The notes beneath the pieces are model-generated. The model had not been told where the DNA came from and searched no databases. It was given only the letters and a program-made list of their open reading frames with translations. Shown in pieces: positions 53,104 to 54,409 of a stretch of DNA of 54,409 bases. Every line of letters starts with the position of its first letter. The stretch's first letter is position 1. The position numbers and the translations under genes are program-made. Source of the stretch: an uncultured Eubacteriales bacterium (GTDB lineage Bacteria; Acidobacteriota; Aminicenantia; Aminicenantales; UBA8522); NCBI GenBank assembly GCA_964445305.1, contig CAYUKK010000016.1, forward strand, positions 1 to 54,409, read 5' to 3'.

Positions 53104-53133
53104 TATATAACAGAGAGAATTCCCCTTTGTCAA
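53104..53133 (-). promoter_or_regulatory. sigma70-type promoter of the nuoE/F/G'-glutamate synthase operon
   Basis: Minus strand TTGACA-17/18 nt-TTATAT/TATATA with TGn. Confidence 0.6.
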
Positions 53134-53146
53134 GGCCGAGAGGGAC

Positions 53147-53455
53147 CCCAAAATTGGCGTTAGAAATACCCGATTAATCCTGTCGTGGTTCACCCCCCAT
53201 GAGGTTCGGGGTTGGGATTGCGAAGCACGCTCGTTTCCCCAGCGAGGAAACTCGCTCCGACTCAGCCTTCGCTCTTCTCTCGCTTGGCTCGAGAAACCGT
53301 GCCCGCTCAGGCTTCGACGGGCTTTCTCACCCAAACTCCTCGCCTGTTCCCCCTGGCATCAAACGCTCCGGTCAGCGTTCCGAGACGCTATCGAAAGCTT
53401 TGTTTTTTATATATTAACCATCCCTTGATGATAATTCTCTATCGCCAAATTTGGG
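53147..53455. repeat. Self-complementary non-coding repeat element, copy 2 (short form)
   Basis: Inverted ends CCCAAAATTGGCGTTAGA (53147-53164) and TCTATCGCCAAATTTGGG (53438-53455); same orientation as copy 1. Confidence 0.85.
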
Positions 53456-53657
53456 CTTCGCGCCCCTCCGTGGCCTCTTTTGCCAAGGGAGAATTCGCGT
53501 CGAGGAGCAAAAAAATCGGCTTTTTTTGGAAAAATTTTGCGCAGAATCCAGAAAAAAAGGGATTTCTGATGTATCTTATTTATAATAAATAAGATGGATA
53601 AAAAAAAGATCTTCTGGAAAGGGTCTTTAGGCGGTATTTTCCCCTGAAAATAGCGAT

Positions 53658-53686
53658 TTGACGAGGGCTTTTTCTTGTGGTATAAG
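53658..53686 (+). promoter_or_regulatory. sigma70-type promoter for the JAB gene
   Basis: TTGACG-17 nt-TATAAG with TGn. Confidence 0.65.
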
Positions 53687-53781
53687 GTTAGGGCTTCCCC
53701 AGGTGTTGAATCGGGGGATTAAAATCAAGAATCGTTCATCTGGCTGAGGCTTCTGAGCCGGCGCCAGGCGGAAAGCTTTCT

Positions 53782-54219
53782 ATGAAACTGCTGATTAACG
53801 AGAGTGACCTCAGGAAGTTCAAGCGGCGCGCCAGCCGCGGCTATCCCCGTGAAGTCTATGGAATCATGCTGGGTAAGAGGCTGGCCAACCGGACTTTCAA
53901 GATACTGAGAATCATCATTCCCCCGGTTGTCGAATCGACCTACGATTATGTCATCCCCGATTACGAGACGATCGATAAAATCGTCGCTTCGAGCGGCCTT
54001 GAGTATATCGGTTCGATCCATTCCCATCCCCAGGCCCCTCCGACTATCTCGGCCCATGATTATCAGCACTGGGACGGGGACAGGGTCGTTGGTATCCTGA
54101 GCGTCCGCAAGCGGAATATTTACAAGGTCACGGAGCTCAAGTTCTGGCGTCGGAATGCCGCCCTACCAGTCCGCTTCAAAACCTTCAGACCGGGCGAAAA
54201 CGGCAAAACCAAGTCCTGA
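53782..54219 (+). CDS. JAB/MPN (Mov34) metalloprotease
   Basis: YPREVYGIMLG (catalytic Glu) and IGSIHSHPQAPPTISAHD (JAMM motif HxH-x7-S-x2-D). Confidence 0.85.
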   Translation: MKLLINESDLRKFKRRASRGYPREVYGIMLGKRLANRTFKILRIIIPPVVESTYDYVIPDYETIDKIVASSGLEYIGSIHSHPQAPPTISAHDYQHWDGDRVVGILSVRKRNIYKVTELKFWRRNAALPVRFKTFRPGENGKTKS

Positions 54220-54370
54220 GGGATGCCGGCCTCCTTCCACGGCCTGCGCCTTAAGGTAATTCCTTAATAGCGTCCTCGAGCTGTCGAGCGAGCCCATCAG
54301 GAGCGAAAGAAGATCCGTTCAATTAAAGGGCCAGGTATGGTATAAAAGAGTTCCCGAGACTCGAAGCGAT

Positions 54371-54409
54371 ATGCAGCAACGCAAGAAGAAAGTCGTCGTC
54401 GTCATGCCG
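54371..54409 (+). CDS. Probable family 2 glycosyltransferase, 3'-partial
   Basis: MQQRKKKVVVVMP resembles the GT2 'vvvvmPayN' start; only 13 codons are visible. Confidence 0.45.
   Translation, partial: MQQRKKKVVVVMP

Overview
A 54.4-kb, GC-rich bacterial chromosome window from an anaerobe. Gene content suggests the Aminicenantes/Acidobacteriota lineage, but this is inference only. There is no CRISPR array, rRNA, transposase or prophage. The main discovery candidate is a 10.6-kb redox operon (3096-13697). It starts hdrC-hdrB-hdrA(N-half) and continues with the regulatory cassette normally found before bifurcating [FeFe]-hydrogenases (DRTGG, Ser/Thr kinase, group C/D [FeFe]-like protein, DRTGG, PHP, His-kinase-like ATPase) and a HydC/D/B (NuoE/F-like) diaphorase. 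It ends with a fusion of a HydA/NuoG N-terminal Fe-S domain to the missing C-half of HdrA. HdrA is therefore split in two, with all visible cofactor motifs intact, and no H-cluster catalytic HydA or MvhD is present. A second NuoE/F/G'-like module (48217-52945, minus strand) is coupled to a stand-alone FMN-binding glutamate-synthase domain. A highly self-complementary non-coding repeat occurs twice (13785-14318 and 53147-53455), each copy beside one of these operons. Other content: tRNA-Lys and tRNA-Glu, a REC-PAS-HD-GYP regulator, an Rrf2/hemerythrin pair with a perfect 11-1-11 operator, an octaheme cytochrome c with a shifty A9 tract, a sigma54 activator, nhaC-iadA, housekeeping genes (ispH, rpsA, ihfB-like, ppiD-like, scpAB), a ggt/DctM-like/peptidase cassette containing an unannotated 48-aa membrane ORF, a GH29 fucosidase and a lone JAB protease. 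All calls come from reading motifs by eye; no database searches were run.
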